A model generated the notes under the pieces. The model saw only the letters and a program-made list of their open reading frames with translations. It was not told the DNA's origin and did not search any database. From Vitrella brassicaformis CCMP3155 (lineage: Eukaryota > Protista > Chromerida), in assembly GCA_001179505.1 (NCBI GenBank), contig CDMY01000387.1, positions 1 through 64,000 of the forward strand: a stretch of DNA of 64,000 bases. The letters are read 5' to 3'. Each line of letters begins with the position of its first letter. Positions within the stretch are counted from its first letter, which is position 1. Position numbers and translations under genes: made by a program. Positions 1 through 12,607 of the stretch are shown here, one piece after another.

Positions 1-508
1 GGCAAAGACTTCGACTCAGATAAGCAAGAACCAAGTTGCTGCGCCCATGTGCGAAAAGGCCGGTGAGGACCTTTCCTGTAGTTAGCTCAATAGAGGATCT
101 GCTGGGCGGTAAGTCCCAGAGTAAGAGTGCTTTTACTTTAATAAGACCGATTGACTGGCCAATCAGTCAAAGTTGTTTTTGTCCATGTATGGCATCATGA
201 AGGGTGGTCAACACAGATCTCACTTCGGTGATGGCTGATAAGATCGTGTCTCCTCAGAATGCTTTCCTTGTCTTTTCTTGTCTTCTCCTCTCTCTCTCCG
301 TTACACAGCAATCTACCCTAGCTCACAAGCTCGCAGTGGTTCGTCTTGCCAAGCTGGCAATCCTGACAGATTGTGCGTGACAGACATGGGACTTGGCCGT
401 CAGGCCGCTTAGGACATTGCGTGAAACCGCTCTCTCTAGAGGTGATATATGAGGAGGGGACGGACGAGCCTTTCTTGTTAGCCTCTGCACAGTCCTGATC
501 TAAAGTTG

Positions 509-1427
509 ATGGATCCCGAGCTATTTCGACGAGTCCAGCCCGCAGACTTTCTGCAGAGGCAGCTTGCTGATGGCGCCAGGCCTGACGGACGACCCTTCAC
601 GGCCACTCGCAAGATGAAGCTCAACACAAACTCACTCCCAAACTGGTGAACAGAAGCAAAGCACCGATTTGTTAATGAGTGCCTCCTCTGCAGTGTGATG
701 TGGTCTGATCTGTGTTCCATCCACCAGCGAGGGCTCAGCAACGTTGCGGTGCGGCTCCTCGCTCTACGTGGCTGGCGTGCGGGGAGAGATCGGTTCGCCC
801 ACTGATGCCGCCCACCCGTCCCACGGCCGCATTGTGGTGACGACTGACTTCTCCAAGCTGTGTGGCGCCGACTTCAGAGACGAAGCGGGGCCCTCGCAGA
901 ACCTCTCTGTGCTCCTCTCCAAGACCCTCACCCAACTGGTTAACCACCACAAGGCCATCGACCTTTCGCAGCTGTGCATCAAGGAGACCGAGGCCGTCTG
1001 GGTGCTCTATGTCGACGTGGTCTGCCTCGAGTACGACGGCAACTTCGCCGACCTTCCCCTGCTCGCATCTGTGGCGGCGCTGCGGAATGTCCGGCTGCCC
1101 GTCGTCACATACGACACCTCGGCCAAGGCCTACCGGCGCACGACGGACGAGGCGACCCAGCGGGTGCACTTCAAGTCATCTCCGGTGTGCGTGACGTTCT
1201 CTCGTGTGCTCGACGAGGATGCCTACTGGCTGGCCGATCCGACGCGTGAAGAGGAGGAGCTCGGGACGGCGCTGACGGTGGCCTTTGTGGGCGGGGCTGG
1301 GGAGAGGGAGGTGACGCCCATTAGGTGGGGAGGGGCGCCTGTCGACCTGGAGAGGGTGAGCAGGAGGCTGCTGCCCACTGCAAGCCGCATCAAGGAGGAC
1401 GTGTATGACGCCCTGCTCGTGGGTTAG
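509..1427 (+). CDS. RRP43: Exosome complex RNase PH-like subunit (RRP43/EXOSC8-like), 2 exons (509-645, 728-1427)
   Basis: Exon 1 reads MDPELFRRVQPADFLQRQLADGARPDGRPF (RxDGR motif). A GT-AG intron at 646-727 joins in frame to EGSATLRCG...DLSQLCIKETEAVWVLYVDVVCLEYDGNFAD...LADPTREEE, typical of RRP42/43/45 RNase PH subunits. Confidence 0.82.
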
Positions 1428-4400
1428 CTGGTGCATTGAGCGGGTGGCTGTGTGGACATATTGACAGTTCAATGGCTGAGTGTATGGGGCCGCTAGAAGG
1501 ACATCGATTGAGACAGTAGTAAGCACGGCAAGCAGAGTCCATCAACGCATCCATCCATCAGTGAGTGTCACGTCACGTGCATGGCATGCATCAAAGTTCA
1601 TCCAAGTTCCCATAACGAACGAACACGAATGTCACCCCACGCGACCGTCGCCCATCCATCCATCCATCCATTTAGATCATGTACGAAACCAACGAACGAG
1701 CGGCGCCATGGCTGGCTCATGGGGTGTCGTGTGGTGTGGTGTGCATGGGTATGCAAAGCAAGTCGTTGAAAAATCCTCAGCCAGCATACCCACCCAGTGA
1801 GTCAGTCAGTCAGAAGAATACTATTGTCAGGGGGCAGCCATGCGCGCACCAGCACCATCACCATCACCACACACACAGTGCATCCATCTCTTTCATCCAT
1901 CATGTCATGGGGCCATCCATTATAGCAGAGCATACCACCATGCAGAGCAGTCCGTTGTTTGACGAACACACGCGTGTGCATTGCAGTGAGTGCATCGCAT
2001 CTCATCGCATGTGTGGATGTGATATGGCAGGCCAGGCTGGCCAGGCAGGCCCCGACAGACAGACAAGCCGGCCCGTCCCTGGTTGTGTGTAGGCTAGGTA
2101 GGTGCTCATGTATTGTATGTCATGCATGGATCGATGGATCGATGGCAGTCAGTGGGTGACTTAGTGAGGAGGGAGGAGCAAAAGTCTGCACACCACACCC
2201 GCAGCAAAGAAGCAGCCAGGCAGCCAAAACAACAAGATTGACCACCCATCCATCCATCCGCTCGTCCATCTCGTCTCGTTCTGTTCCTTCTTTCCACCCG
2301 CAGCAGCATCCAGCCAGCCAGCCAGCCAGCCAGTCACTCACAGACGAGAAAAGCACAAAGACTGGTATATAAAGGGAGCCGGCCAGCTGGAGCGATCGTA
2401 CGCACCGCATGCCTCCCCCCGGGCTCACTCACGTGGATTGCGTCTGTATGTATGTGTATGTATGGACGAATAACACTGATGATAGAATAGACGGTGGTAG
2501 GAAAGGTGTAAAGTATGTAATGGCGTGATACGGACACCACCAGCATGAACGAATCAACCAAAGACACGCAAACCAACAACCAGCCACAGGCAGGCAGACA
2601 GGCAGACAGGCAGCCGAGAGAGGGAGGAGGTCTGGGAGGGGATGACAACACACCGCCCAGGCCAGGCAGCCATTCTTCTCTTTCGTCGAATCGTTTCTGC
2701 CTGCCCTCCCGCCCCCCTCCCCTCCCCTCGCCCGCTTGCTCGCTCGCCCACTTCAAAATTGATATAGAAGAGCACCTGCCAGATAGATAGATAGTCCACT
2801 AAGAGGTAGGAAAGTAGGTCGGTCGGTCGGTAGATAGATAGATGGGTGCGATCGTTCGCCGGTCACTCCCTCTTTGTCCCTCTCGCCAGCCAGCCAGCCA
2901 CATCAATTACCTCACTCTCACTCACCAGACCATGCACACATACACACACGTACGCAGTGCAATGCCACCATCGACGCCCCTCCACACCCCCCCCGCCACT
3001 CCCCCTCTCCCTCTCCCGCCACGCTACGCCCTGCCCCCCGCTTAAAAGAGTTGGAACGAACAAGCGCTCTTCCTCTGCTCTGCTCTTTCGATGGTGCGTG
3101 ACTCCCCCTCGCACATGCCATGCGTGGACCAACACATGAATGTGATGTGCAAACAGGGGGATTGTTCGTTGGACGCACCAAGAGCATGGGACAAAATTAC
3201 CCCCGTGTAGCTGTCTGTAGCTGCGCTGTGGCCCTTCCCGCATCATCGCATCGCATCGCCCCGCCCGCTCACAGACAGAAAGGGAGACGGGAGGGATATG
3301 CGGTGTGCCGGCCGCCGTGTCAGCCCAAACGGCCGGCGTGGCGGGCGGCACACACGGGTAAGGCTCACAACGGGTGGGGATTGGAAATACGCATGACAGA
3401 TAGACAGAGGTATAGGTGTGGATGGATGTGTCTGCAGTGTATAAGTAAGTCAACACGTAGGTATGGTAGGTAGGCAGAGGGAGGGAGGGAGGGCCACCCA
3501 TTATGAGTAAGGGAAAATACATACGGATCGCCTTGATAGGGTATGTACCAACGACAGACACCACAACGGCAGACGGAGGGATAGATAATCAATCGATACT
3601 TAGCCAGCCAGGCAGACAGTGCACTCACTCAACCACACACACGCAGACGGACAGACAAAGAGACAGACCCCCTCGACAGGCAGGCAGGCAGGCAGGCACA
3701 CAGACAGACAGCCAGTAGTCAGAGTGACGTCAAGTAGTGGAACAAAAGCGGCACAGGATATGATAGGCCAGGCCAGGGTAGGAGTGAGTGAGTGCATCCA
3801 TTCATCCACTGTGACGACTTATACTTAGTTAGGTGGGTAGCTCATCCGCCCCCCCACTCCACTTGTCTGTCCATATCGCTTTAACGGTTCCTCAGCCACC
3901 CACCAGTGAGGGAGGGAGTGGAGTGGAGTGCGTATGTGCATCCCCATCCATCCATCCATCCTTCCATCCAGACAGGCCCACCCACGCCCGCACAAGCAGG
4001 CGAGCAAGTTAGTGAGGCAGGCAGCAAAACAAGACACGCAAGAGAGAGAGGAGAGGAGTAGGGTAGTAGGGTAGTAGGTAGGGGAGTAGGCAAGTACGAC
4101 CGCGAATTCATGACTGATCCATCATGTCGTTAGTTAGCGAGTGAGTGAGTTTCTGAGCTGAGCAAGTCAGTGAGCGAGCAAGTATCTGAGCCAGTCAGTC
4201 ATCACATCAAAGCTGAGTGAGTCAGTCAGTGCCTGTCTGTCTGTCTGTCTGGTACCCGGCCTGCCCAGTATTCCCTCTCTTGGGAAGGGAGAATGGCGGC
4301 GGATCACGAAGTAAGTAGTGAATCAATGCACCAGTAAGTAACTGAGTGAGTGAATGAGTGGGTGGGCAGCATGGCCATGACGCAGCACACACAAGTAACC

Positions 4401-5126
4401 AACCAACGAACCATATGCGTCGATCCATCCATCCATCCATTTCCATCAGTCTGTCTGTCTTTCACGTGCATCATGACCACCATAGTATTATCACGAGTAC
4501 GTCTGCCTGTCTTCCCGCCGCAGTGCAGCCATCAGCCGATCCATCCCGTCCATCACCGACAAGGAGTGGATGAGGGGGGGAGAGTGCGAACGACGGACGA
4601 GTGAGCCACACTCCACTCACACGCCCCCTTCATCCAGTAGTAGTATCGCCACCGCACGTATGTTGGCCACATGAGACCCGTCTGCCGTGCTGCAGCCGTG
4701 ACTCGTGTGGCCGCGTCACTGGAAAACCAATCGCAGCCGTACGAGTGAGTGTCTCTGCAGCTGTCTATGTCTTGACAACAATCCCCCACAGCACACTCCG
4801 CGCCTCCGGGGAAACCAGCTCACTGAGATGGTGATGTGTTTGTTAGGACAAGACAAACACCATCCCATCCAAGTAGCGCCGGCCCGGCAGAGGTGAAGAG
4901 GTGTGCGCGGAGAGGTCATGTCGTCATGGCAACGTAAGCATTTTCCTCCTCACCACACACATGCCATCCACCCGCCTCTCCTACTCCCTACCGCCCACAC
5001 CTTACCTCATCACAACCCACGCACCCCCACAACGGCCAGAACAGACAGACAGACAGACACGCACGCAGGCACGCCACATCCCTCCCTCCCTCCCTGTCCA
5101 CCCCGTTTGGTTGTCAGTCTGTCTCA
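1428..5126. repeat. Microsatellite-rich non-coding tract ((GACA)n, (CATC)n, (CCAG)n, (CA)n) between convergent genes
   Basis: Tetranucleotide runs are visible throughout, and there is no ORF with a recognisable domain. Strand asymmetry matches minus-strand transcription. Confidence 0.7.
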
Positions 5127-7062
5127 TTATTCCGCCATCATTTCATGCCCGTAACCGGTGGGCATCTGGTACCTGGTGTCATGCTGACTGGGCGAGGCCC
5201 CCTTGGCGCCATTACCGTCCCTCCAATCGCCTCCCTGCGGCGGCGGCATGCCGTAGCCGTTGGCCACCGGCTGCATCGGCTGCTGGCTCTGCTGGTGGGT
5301 CGCGTAGATGCCGCCGCCAGGGGGGCTGGGCGAGGGCGATGACATGGCGTGCCCGTTGGCAGGCTTGGGGGGGTAGTTCTGGCGCCCGTTGGTGGCGTAC
5401 TGGGGCTGCTGCTGCTGCTGCTTGTACTGGTCGAACATGTTAGGCGGTGGCGGTGGTGTGGTCATCTGGTGCTGTGGCACAGGGCCCGTGTAGGAGGTGG
5501 GTGTGTAGTGGGTGGGAGGGGGAGGTGGGGGGGGACCGCCGGACGCACTCATGTACTGGGGAGGCATGCCCTGGTAACCCTGCACACCACACGTGGGGCC
5601 ACGGAAGCAAAGCAAGATAGATAGATAGCCACATTGTATGTAATGCAACTCTTGGTCTCGTGTGTGTTGGTTGGGTTGAGTTGTAACGCACCATCGGCGA
5701 TGGTTGTTGCGACATTGGTGGTGTGTTCGCTGGTGGGGCGTAGCTGGAGTAGCCCAGGGGCATCGAATGCACGCCGCCACGAGCCGTCGGAGAGCCACCC
5801 ATAGCTGACCCACACACATGACAGACACGACACATGTGATGTGACATCCACATCAGCGAGCGGGGCTGTGCTGTGAGCAAGGTGTGTCGTTGGAACTGAC
5901 CAGCATCTGGCATGGCGTGTGCGGGCTGTGCCGTGGGTAGTGATTTGGTGAAGTCGCGGCCCTTGTTGGGGTTGTCCTTCACCGACAGCTCCGTCAACTT
6001 TGAGGGCTGAACCTGCACACCAAACCAAGGCGCACCAACATTCCAATGGGTGGGGTGGATCTGTCTGGTGATGGTCGCTGGGCTGGCATGGGTGGCTTGT
6101 ATTGGGTAGGTAAGTAGGTAGGTAGGTAGGTACCTGTAGTGTGTTGCAGCCGTCGTACATGTTGCGCCCGTTGAGTTGTGTGAGGGCCTGCACGGCGTTG
6201 GTGCAGTTCTGGAACTGAATCAACGCCTGGGTCATGCCCTGCACCTTCTGAAACAACACTATCTGCATTGCAGCACACAATTAACATGCCAACAGACACA
6301 CACACACACACATGAACAGGCTCCCTCCCTCCATAGGCCTTGAGCGAGTGAGTCCCTGACTGACCTTTTCGATGAATCCGTGTGCCGAGAAGATGCCGTG
6401 GAGCGTGTCGATGTCGACGGGGTACTGGAGGTTGGTGACGTAGACGAGCAGGATGCGACAGTTGGCGTTGCGCTCCTGGTTGGTCACCACAGACTTGCGG
6501 GTGCTGTAGCACCCCTGGATGATGCACCCACGGATCACCACACCGCCCTGACGCACGTGAGCCAACGCTGTCGACGCCGCTGGCTCGTTCTGATCGATCG
6601 ATTAACCAACGGCAGACAGACAAACACGTGAGTGACCAGCCGTGTGTTTGTGTGGTCTGCTGGCATACATACCGGGAACTGGACGAAGGCCTGTCCAGCA
6701 CTGGGGTTGTGGAACATCCTGAGCTCCTGCCCCATGGAGAAGGGCGAGAAGGCCAGCCTGATCTCCTGCTCGTTGACGTCCCTCGGCAAGTTGCGGATCA
6801 GCAGCACACGACCCGGCGGCGCATTCGGCCCCACACTCTGCCGCTTCTGAGCCATCATGCTGTCGTCCGTCAACGGCGTCTGCCCGCCCGGCGTAGCCAC
6901 GGGCAGCAGGCCCTGTGGCGGGGAGTGAGCGTGTGTGGGCATGGGATAGCCGTTGGTGGGTGCGGCAGCCACCGGGGGGTAGCCGGGCATGGGGGCTGCG
7001 GCGGCCATGCGGGGGGAGGGGTCGTAGGAGCGCTTCATCGCGTAGCTCGGGTCCATCATCAT
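5127..7062 (-). CDS. PTB: Polypyrimidine-tract-binding protein / hnRNP L-like RRM protein with Pro/Gln-rich tail, multi-exon
   Basis: RRM1 reads GRVLLIRNLPRDVNEQEI...QAFVQF. RRM2 reads RILLVYVTNLQYPVDIDTLHGIFSAHGFIEK|IVLFQK...QALIQF...ALTQLNGRNMYDGCNTLQ|..SKLTELSVKDNPNKGRDFT, matching the PTB RRM2 signature. Confidence 0.85.
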
Positions 7063-7835
7063 GTCGGGCGGTCAGGCGTGTGTGTGAACCAACCAACCAG
7101 CCAGCCAACAGGGGAATAGACCAGTCAGTCAGTCAGTCAGTCAGGATGAAACACGGCGGGCACGGCAGTGGATCTGAAGAACAAACAAAGCCAAGAGAGC
7201 AAAGTGCGGTGTGTCTGACTGTCATGTCCTGGGGCAGTCAGTCAGTCTTGGCTAACCAGTCACTGAGGATTCGACAGCAGAGTAGCTAAAGCACAAGTGT
7301 TAAAGCACCCACCGCAGCATGCAACACCTGAACCAACCACAGTCACACAGACACGGCCCACACACATATCACTTCACTGAGGCAACCAACGTACGTGCAG
7401 ATCACTTCTCTCTCTTCCCGCCTCCTCGTCTCGCGAGCAGGCTCAGCGCAATCCTGCCTGGCTTGCCTGTCTTGCCCTGCCCACCAGCTGTCTGGCTCCC
7501 CTCCCTGTCTGTTTGTCTGTCTGACCTGCCCCCTTGCATCCCGTTGCCCTCCCTGCTCACCTCTGGTTGGTACTGAGGATTGTGTGGGGTTCGGTTGGTA
7601 CTGCCAGCTCCCCACCGAGTGCAGTCACCAGCACAGTCCCCAATGAGAAGTCATATAATCTTTCAGCTCGCACCGCCTGCGATCTTTGAGCAAAGAAGGA
7701 GAGAATGCCTCTCTCTTCATCTCGGCGCCGAGCCGCAGTGACGTTTCTGATCTGTCTATCTTTGAAGCGCTTCGTCGATCTGACTGCACTCCTTCTCCAC
7801 ACTGATCTCCGCATGCACGCCAACCTCTGTTGAAG

Positions 7836-10800
7836 ATGCCTTTGTCGGTGGGCAGCAAACGAGCTCTGCAGATCACCCGCTACGCTATCAGCGACTTTCT
7901 CAACTCATCGGCTGAACAGCCGGATGAGTGCCCTCACCGCGCCTCTCACCCAGACGGCGGCATCACCGTCGTGTCCACTCTCTCGCCGCTGCCACCACAC
8001 ACACGTCGGCAGGATAACGACCTCACATGGGCACTGCCGATGCACCTCACCCACGGCATCGATGCCGCCCTGTGTCTGCATCGGTTCAAGCCTTTCTGGA
8101 TGAAGCCGCGGGTCGTCAGGATGATGAGCGAGGCGCCCATGGAGACGCAGTTCTGTGTGCTGCGGGTGGCTGGAGGCGGCAAGGGCAGCGACGGCGAGTT
8201 TGCAGTGCTGGCGCCGCTGGTGTGTCACGAGGGCGAGTGCCGCTCGACGATTGAGGGCGGGGGAGCATTCGATGGTAAGTGCGTACATACCTGAGTGAGT
8301 CAATGAAGGGGAGCGGGATGGATGAGGATGGCTGGGCGTGCGTGCCTCCCCATGTGTGTGTGTCTTCCTTCCTCCAGACTTCGTGCTAGTCGTGACGACA
8401 AACAACGCATGCTTCGAGCCTCCCCGAGGTGCCAACCTGCTCATGTGCCTCCACCCGCCTCGCGACACATCACTCTATGAGGTAGGTAGGTAGGTAGGTA
8501 GGTAGGTGGGTGTGCAACAAACATCACCATCACACGCACAAGAGTACACCACTCCACTGCATTGCATCGCGTCGTCTATCTGTCTGTCTGTCTTGCAGAC
8601 CCTGAACCTGTCTGCATCAGTCCTCTCTCGACTCACCAGAGGCCGCTGCCTACCCCGCCTGGCCAAAGAGCGCGTGGCCTTCCTTCCTTCCCCGCCCCCT
8701 GCACCCCCGCCCCTCGATGACCCCTATGCTCTCTTGCGTGAGTGGGGCTGGTGTTCCTGGGACGCCTACGGCCTGGATGTCATGCCGCAGCACGTGAGGG
8801 ACGTGCTGAGGTACTGCTGCCAGGGCGGCGGGGTGGTCGGCCCTCCGGGGTGGGTCGTGCTCGACGACGGCTGGCAGGAGCATGGCTGGCAGGACAGGTA
8901 GAGCGTGTGTGGACCTCACTCCGTGTGTTTATGCTCCCGCTTTTCTCTGTCTGTCTGTTGCAGGGAGGATTTCTCGAGGAAGGCCCCCCAAAGTGGGTTT
9001 GACGGCAACGAACGCTTCGCCCCTCTGGCCCAGTCCATCGCCCGCCTGCGCGAGGGCCAACATGATGTCAAGGTGCTCGTGTGGCACACGATCCAGGGCT
9101 ATTGGGGCGGTGTGCGCGAGGCCCTTGCGAAACGGCAGGGCTATGGGCTGCGCACGGGGGTCTTGCCTGTCTTCCCGCCGGCGTTCTGGGAATACGGGAG
9201 AGACACGGCCGAGTTCTTCAACCAGCAATATCAGATTGTGGTGCCCAAAGACATCGAGCGGTACTACAGCGACTTTTATGGGTTCCTGCAACAGCAAGGT
9301 GAGTGAGTGAAAAGAGGACCTTCTCTCTGTGTCTTCATGTCATCCATCCATCCATCCCATGTGTTCGTGTTTGTGTGTGTGATCCTCTCTCTTTAGGTGT
9401 GTGGGGCGTCAAGCTTGATTCCCAGGGGCTGCTGGAGCACCTCACAGAGGGGTGTCTGGCGGCCAGCGGCCCCAAGTATACCCTCACCTACAAGACGGCC
9501 GCCGCCAAGGCAGCCGCACTGCACTTCTCTTCCTCGGCGCCGTCGACCCAGGCCACGTCCAAACACGCCAACCGTCTGCAGCCGTGCGGCCGCATTCTCC
9601 ACTGCATGAGCAACAGCAGCGCCTGCCTTTACGCCAGTGGGGGCGACGCCCTGACGCGGACGAGCGACGACCACGCCTTTCCCCACGTAGAGGAGCGGGC
9701 TGAGGACGTGGCCATCTTCATCTGGACCAACGCCACGGTGTCCTTGTGGGTCGGCACTCTCTGCAGAGTTGGTGAGTGAGGTGACACCACACCACACCAC
9801 ACCACACCACCATCGACACGACACACCTACAGGCAGACGGAAAGACAGCCAACCTAACGTCACGTCTCTCCGTTGCAATGCAGACTGGGACATGTTCCGC
9901 CTGGCGGACTGGTGCGGCAAGATCCATGCGCTGGCTCGCGTGGTGTCTGGTGGCCCCATCTACCTCAGCGACGAGGCCACCCTCTTCGACAAGTCGCGAT
10001 ACGCCAAGGGCGGGGGGCCGCTGGCCCTCCTGCGCAAGTGCCTTGTGCCGCGGAATTGCGGCACGTCGTCGTCGTCACCACACACGGGGCGTGAGGGTGG
10101 CTGTGTGGTGCCGTGCATCGATGTGGGGCTGCCCTCTGTGGACTGCGTGTTTGTGGACCCACTTGTCACGCCACAGGGGTGCGCTGCGGAGTGGAAGAGA
10201 AAACTGCACCGCACCTGTGTGTGGATGGATGGATGGTCGTGTCGTGTCGTGTCGGTTTGTGCGTGTCTGTCTGTCTTCAGGTACAAGGTGGTCAATGTGT
10301 GCATGGGTGGGTGGATAGTGGTGGTGTTCGGCCTATGCGACAGCGAGGGCGAGCTCTACCCGCAGGCCATCTACCCCTCGGACGTGCTGCCGCGGCCCTC
10401 ACCGGCACTCTGGGCCTTCCCAAAAGACCGCAACAACAAGGGCCTGCCGCCGCCGTCACTCCTCTGCTTTGATGAAGAGACCAGACATGCCGCGCCCCTC
10501 ATCGAAGCGTAAGCGAGCCACAAAGAGGAAGACCGTCCGACGCCCAGAAACATGGATGTGTCTCTTGATGTCTCAGGACGCCTTGGGAGGTGTCTCTGTT
10601 CTTCATGCACGCCCGTCTCTACGCGATCGTCCCCATCCACCCACTCCACTACTACCCCTCCCCATGCCACCAGCAGCCCCCCCAGCTGCTGGGCCACGTG
10701 AGCATCGTGGGCCTCGACGGCGTCTTCAACTCACCAGGCACCCTCCTCGCCCCTCCCGAGCCCGTCCGGCTCACCGTCAGGGGGCGGCAGCTCACAATGA

Positions 10801-11189
10801 CAGGCGTCATGTGCTGCCCGGGGGGCGATGGCGACCTGCTCGTATGGAGCGACTCGCCCACCATTCTGGTCGTCCGTTGGCGGAAAGAGGCGCAGGGTGG
10901 TGCTGGTCTGTCGAAGGTGCGGCTGAGCTGGTCGATGGCCGAGGCGGCCGGGCAGCGAGACAAGGTGCTGCGTGAGGTGGTGACCCTGACTGGTGGAGCG
11001 AGGGACGAGAGAGGCAACGTTGAGGTAGTTGTGGGTGCTGATGAGCTAGTCAATCGGCGTGTGTGTACAGAGAGGGTGGGGAAGGGGGACTTATGGCAAT
11101 TGTGTGGGTTATCTCTGGGCGATGTGGTTGTGGTTGTATTGGGAACTGAGATTGAGATGGTGACAGAGAGAGACAGTAGGGGTGGTTGA
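7836..11189 (+). CDS. GH36 raffinose synthase / seed imbibition protein (alkaline alpha-galactosidase) family, multi-exon
   Basis: Family motifs occur in order: HRFKPFWMKP...ETQF, WGWCSWDAY, VVLDDGWQ, VWHTIQGYWGGV, GVKLDSQ (nucleophile Asp), HCMSN, RTSDD (acid/base Asp), DWDMF...HALARVVSGGPIYLSD. Confidence 0.9.
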
Positions 11190-12607
11190 CATAACTGAGA
11201 TGTCTGCGGATGAGTATTAATGGATGATGTAACAGATCTTCAGTACTCACATACATGACACGTGACATCTGATGAGATCCAGCCGATGTCGCAGCCAGAC
11301 GAAAAGCGCCAGCCGCGTCCTCATGCGGAAAGTGCACTTCGTCCGGGCGCGAAATGGGTAAGGTCACTCAAACAGAGAACGCAACGATGAGCCACTCAAT
11401 AAGCGACAGGCAGCATACTGAGGTGATCGATTATTTCGTTCACGCATCATATCCCCCCACCGATGTCTGTCGTGTGATACGTCGCGAAAATCTGGTCGGA
11501 TGCGGACACGTCGACTGTCTGTAAGCTACGAAAAAGCAGCGATGTGACACCATAATAAAGTGCCTCATGTCGTGTAAATCGTGATTCGCTCATTATCCCT
11601 ACCAATCAATCATCCAGCAGTACCGTCTCCCCCTCTCACCTACCCCGCCCCGCCCCCTCTCAAATACACTCATCACACCCACGATGGACTCACACTCACA
11701 CAGACGGATGAAGCGATAGGCGATGGAAAACACAGATGGAATAAAGCAACCCAGAAAGGGTGTCTCTGGCCCCGGTGCATAAAGAAAGTCATGGGTCGAT
11801 GTGTCGTCGAAGAAAAGCCGGCGTGCCTCTGTGAGGCGAAAGGTGCGGCAGTGCCTCTCTCAGACACGGACATGGCGGAGAAGACATACGTACGACATAG
11901 AGCATGAAATTGAATAAACGCAACAGTGAGCGCTATCACACACACACACACACACCCCGACACGACGCGCATACAGTGACGGTCCGCCCGCCCTGTCAAA
12001 ACAGCTGCCCTCCGAAGAGCCTTCAGGCCCGAGGCGTGGCGCTCCCTTGCAAATGTGCCCTCCCCCCCTCACACACGGTCACCTTCGTGATGTGCATGTA
12101 CGTGTTGCAGTCCCCCCCCCCCTCCCCCCACGCGATGAGCGATAGGTACCCATCAATTAGCCCAGCATAGCATGTGAAAAGGGTGTTTTATTACATACCC
12201 TCTGGGAACCTGGGAACGCATGTGACCCCCCCGCCCGCGACCCCTCTCTCTCTCTCTCTCGACCCTACCTACTCTCTCTACGATGGCTGGCCCAACCGCA
12301 CACCACGGCTGATGCCCTAGGTCTGTAAACATCATGTCAACAAAACTCGCCACGCCCCGCGTACATCCCCATATATACAAACACCCCGCAGCCAGCCTTA
12401 ACCCACAGACGACACTCACCCAGGCAGACAGGCAGACGGACAGGCAGACAGGCAGACAGGTTCACACGATCAGACGATCAGCCACACCACGCAGACCGAG
12501 ACGACTAGACAGGCAGACAAAACAGTCAGACATGATACGGCACGACACACCCCGGCTAGCCCCTGTAAAGAAAAAGGATCTCTCTCGCTCACACATGCAT
12601 CAGCCAC

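Noticed and set aside
83-130. TAGCTCAATAG resembles a tRNA D-arm/A-box
   Set aside because: No B-box (GTTCRA), acceptor stem or cloverleaf can be formed.
2366-2376. TATATAAAGGG TATA-like box on plus strand
   Set aside because: No supported plus-strand gene downstream, and a single motif is expected by chance.
1480-5000. Dozens of 60-230 aa ORFs rich in H/T/P/S or C/V/L
   Set aside because: They are translations of (CA)n, (CATC)n and (GACA)n microsatellites, not proteins.
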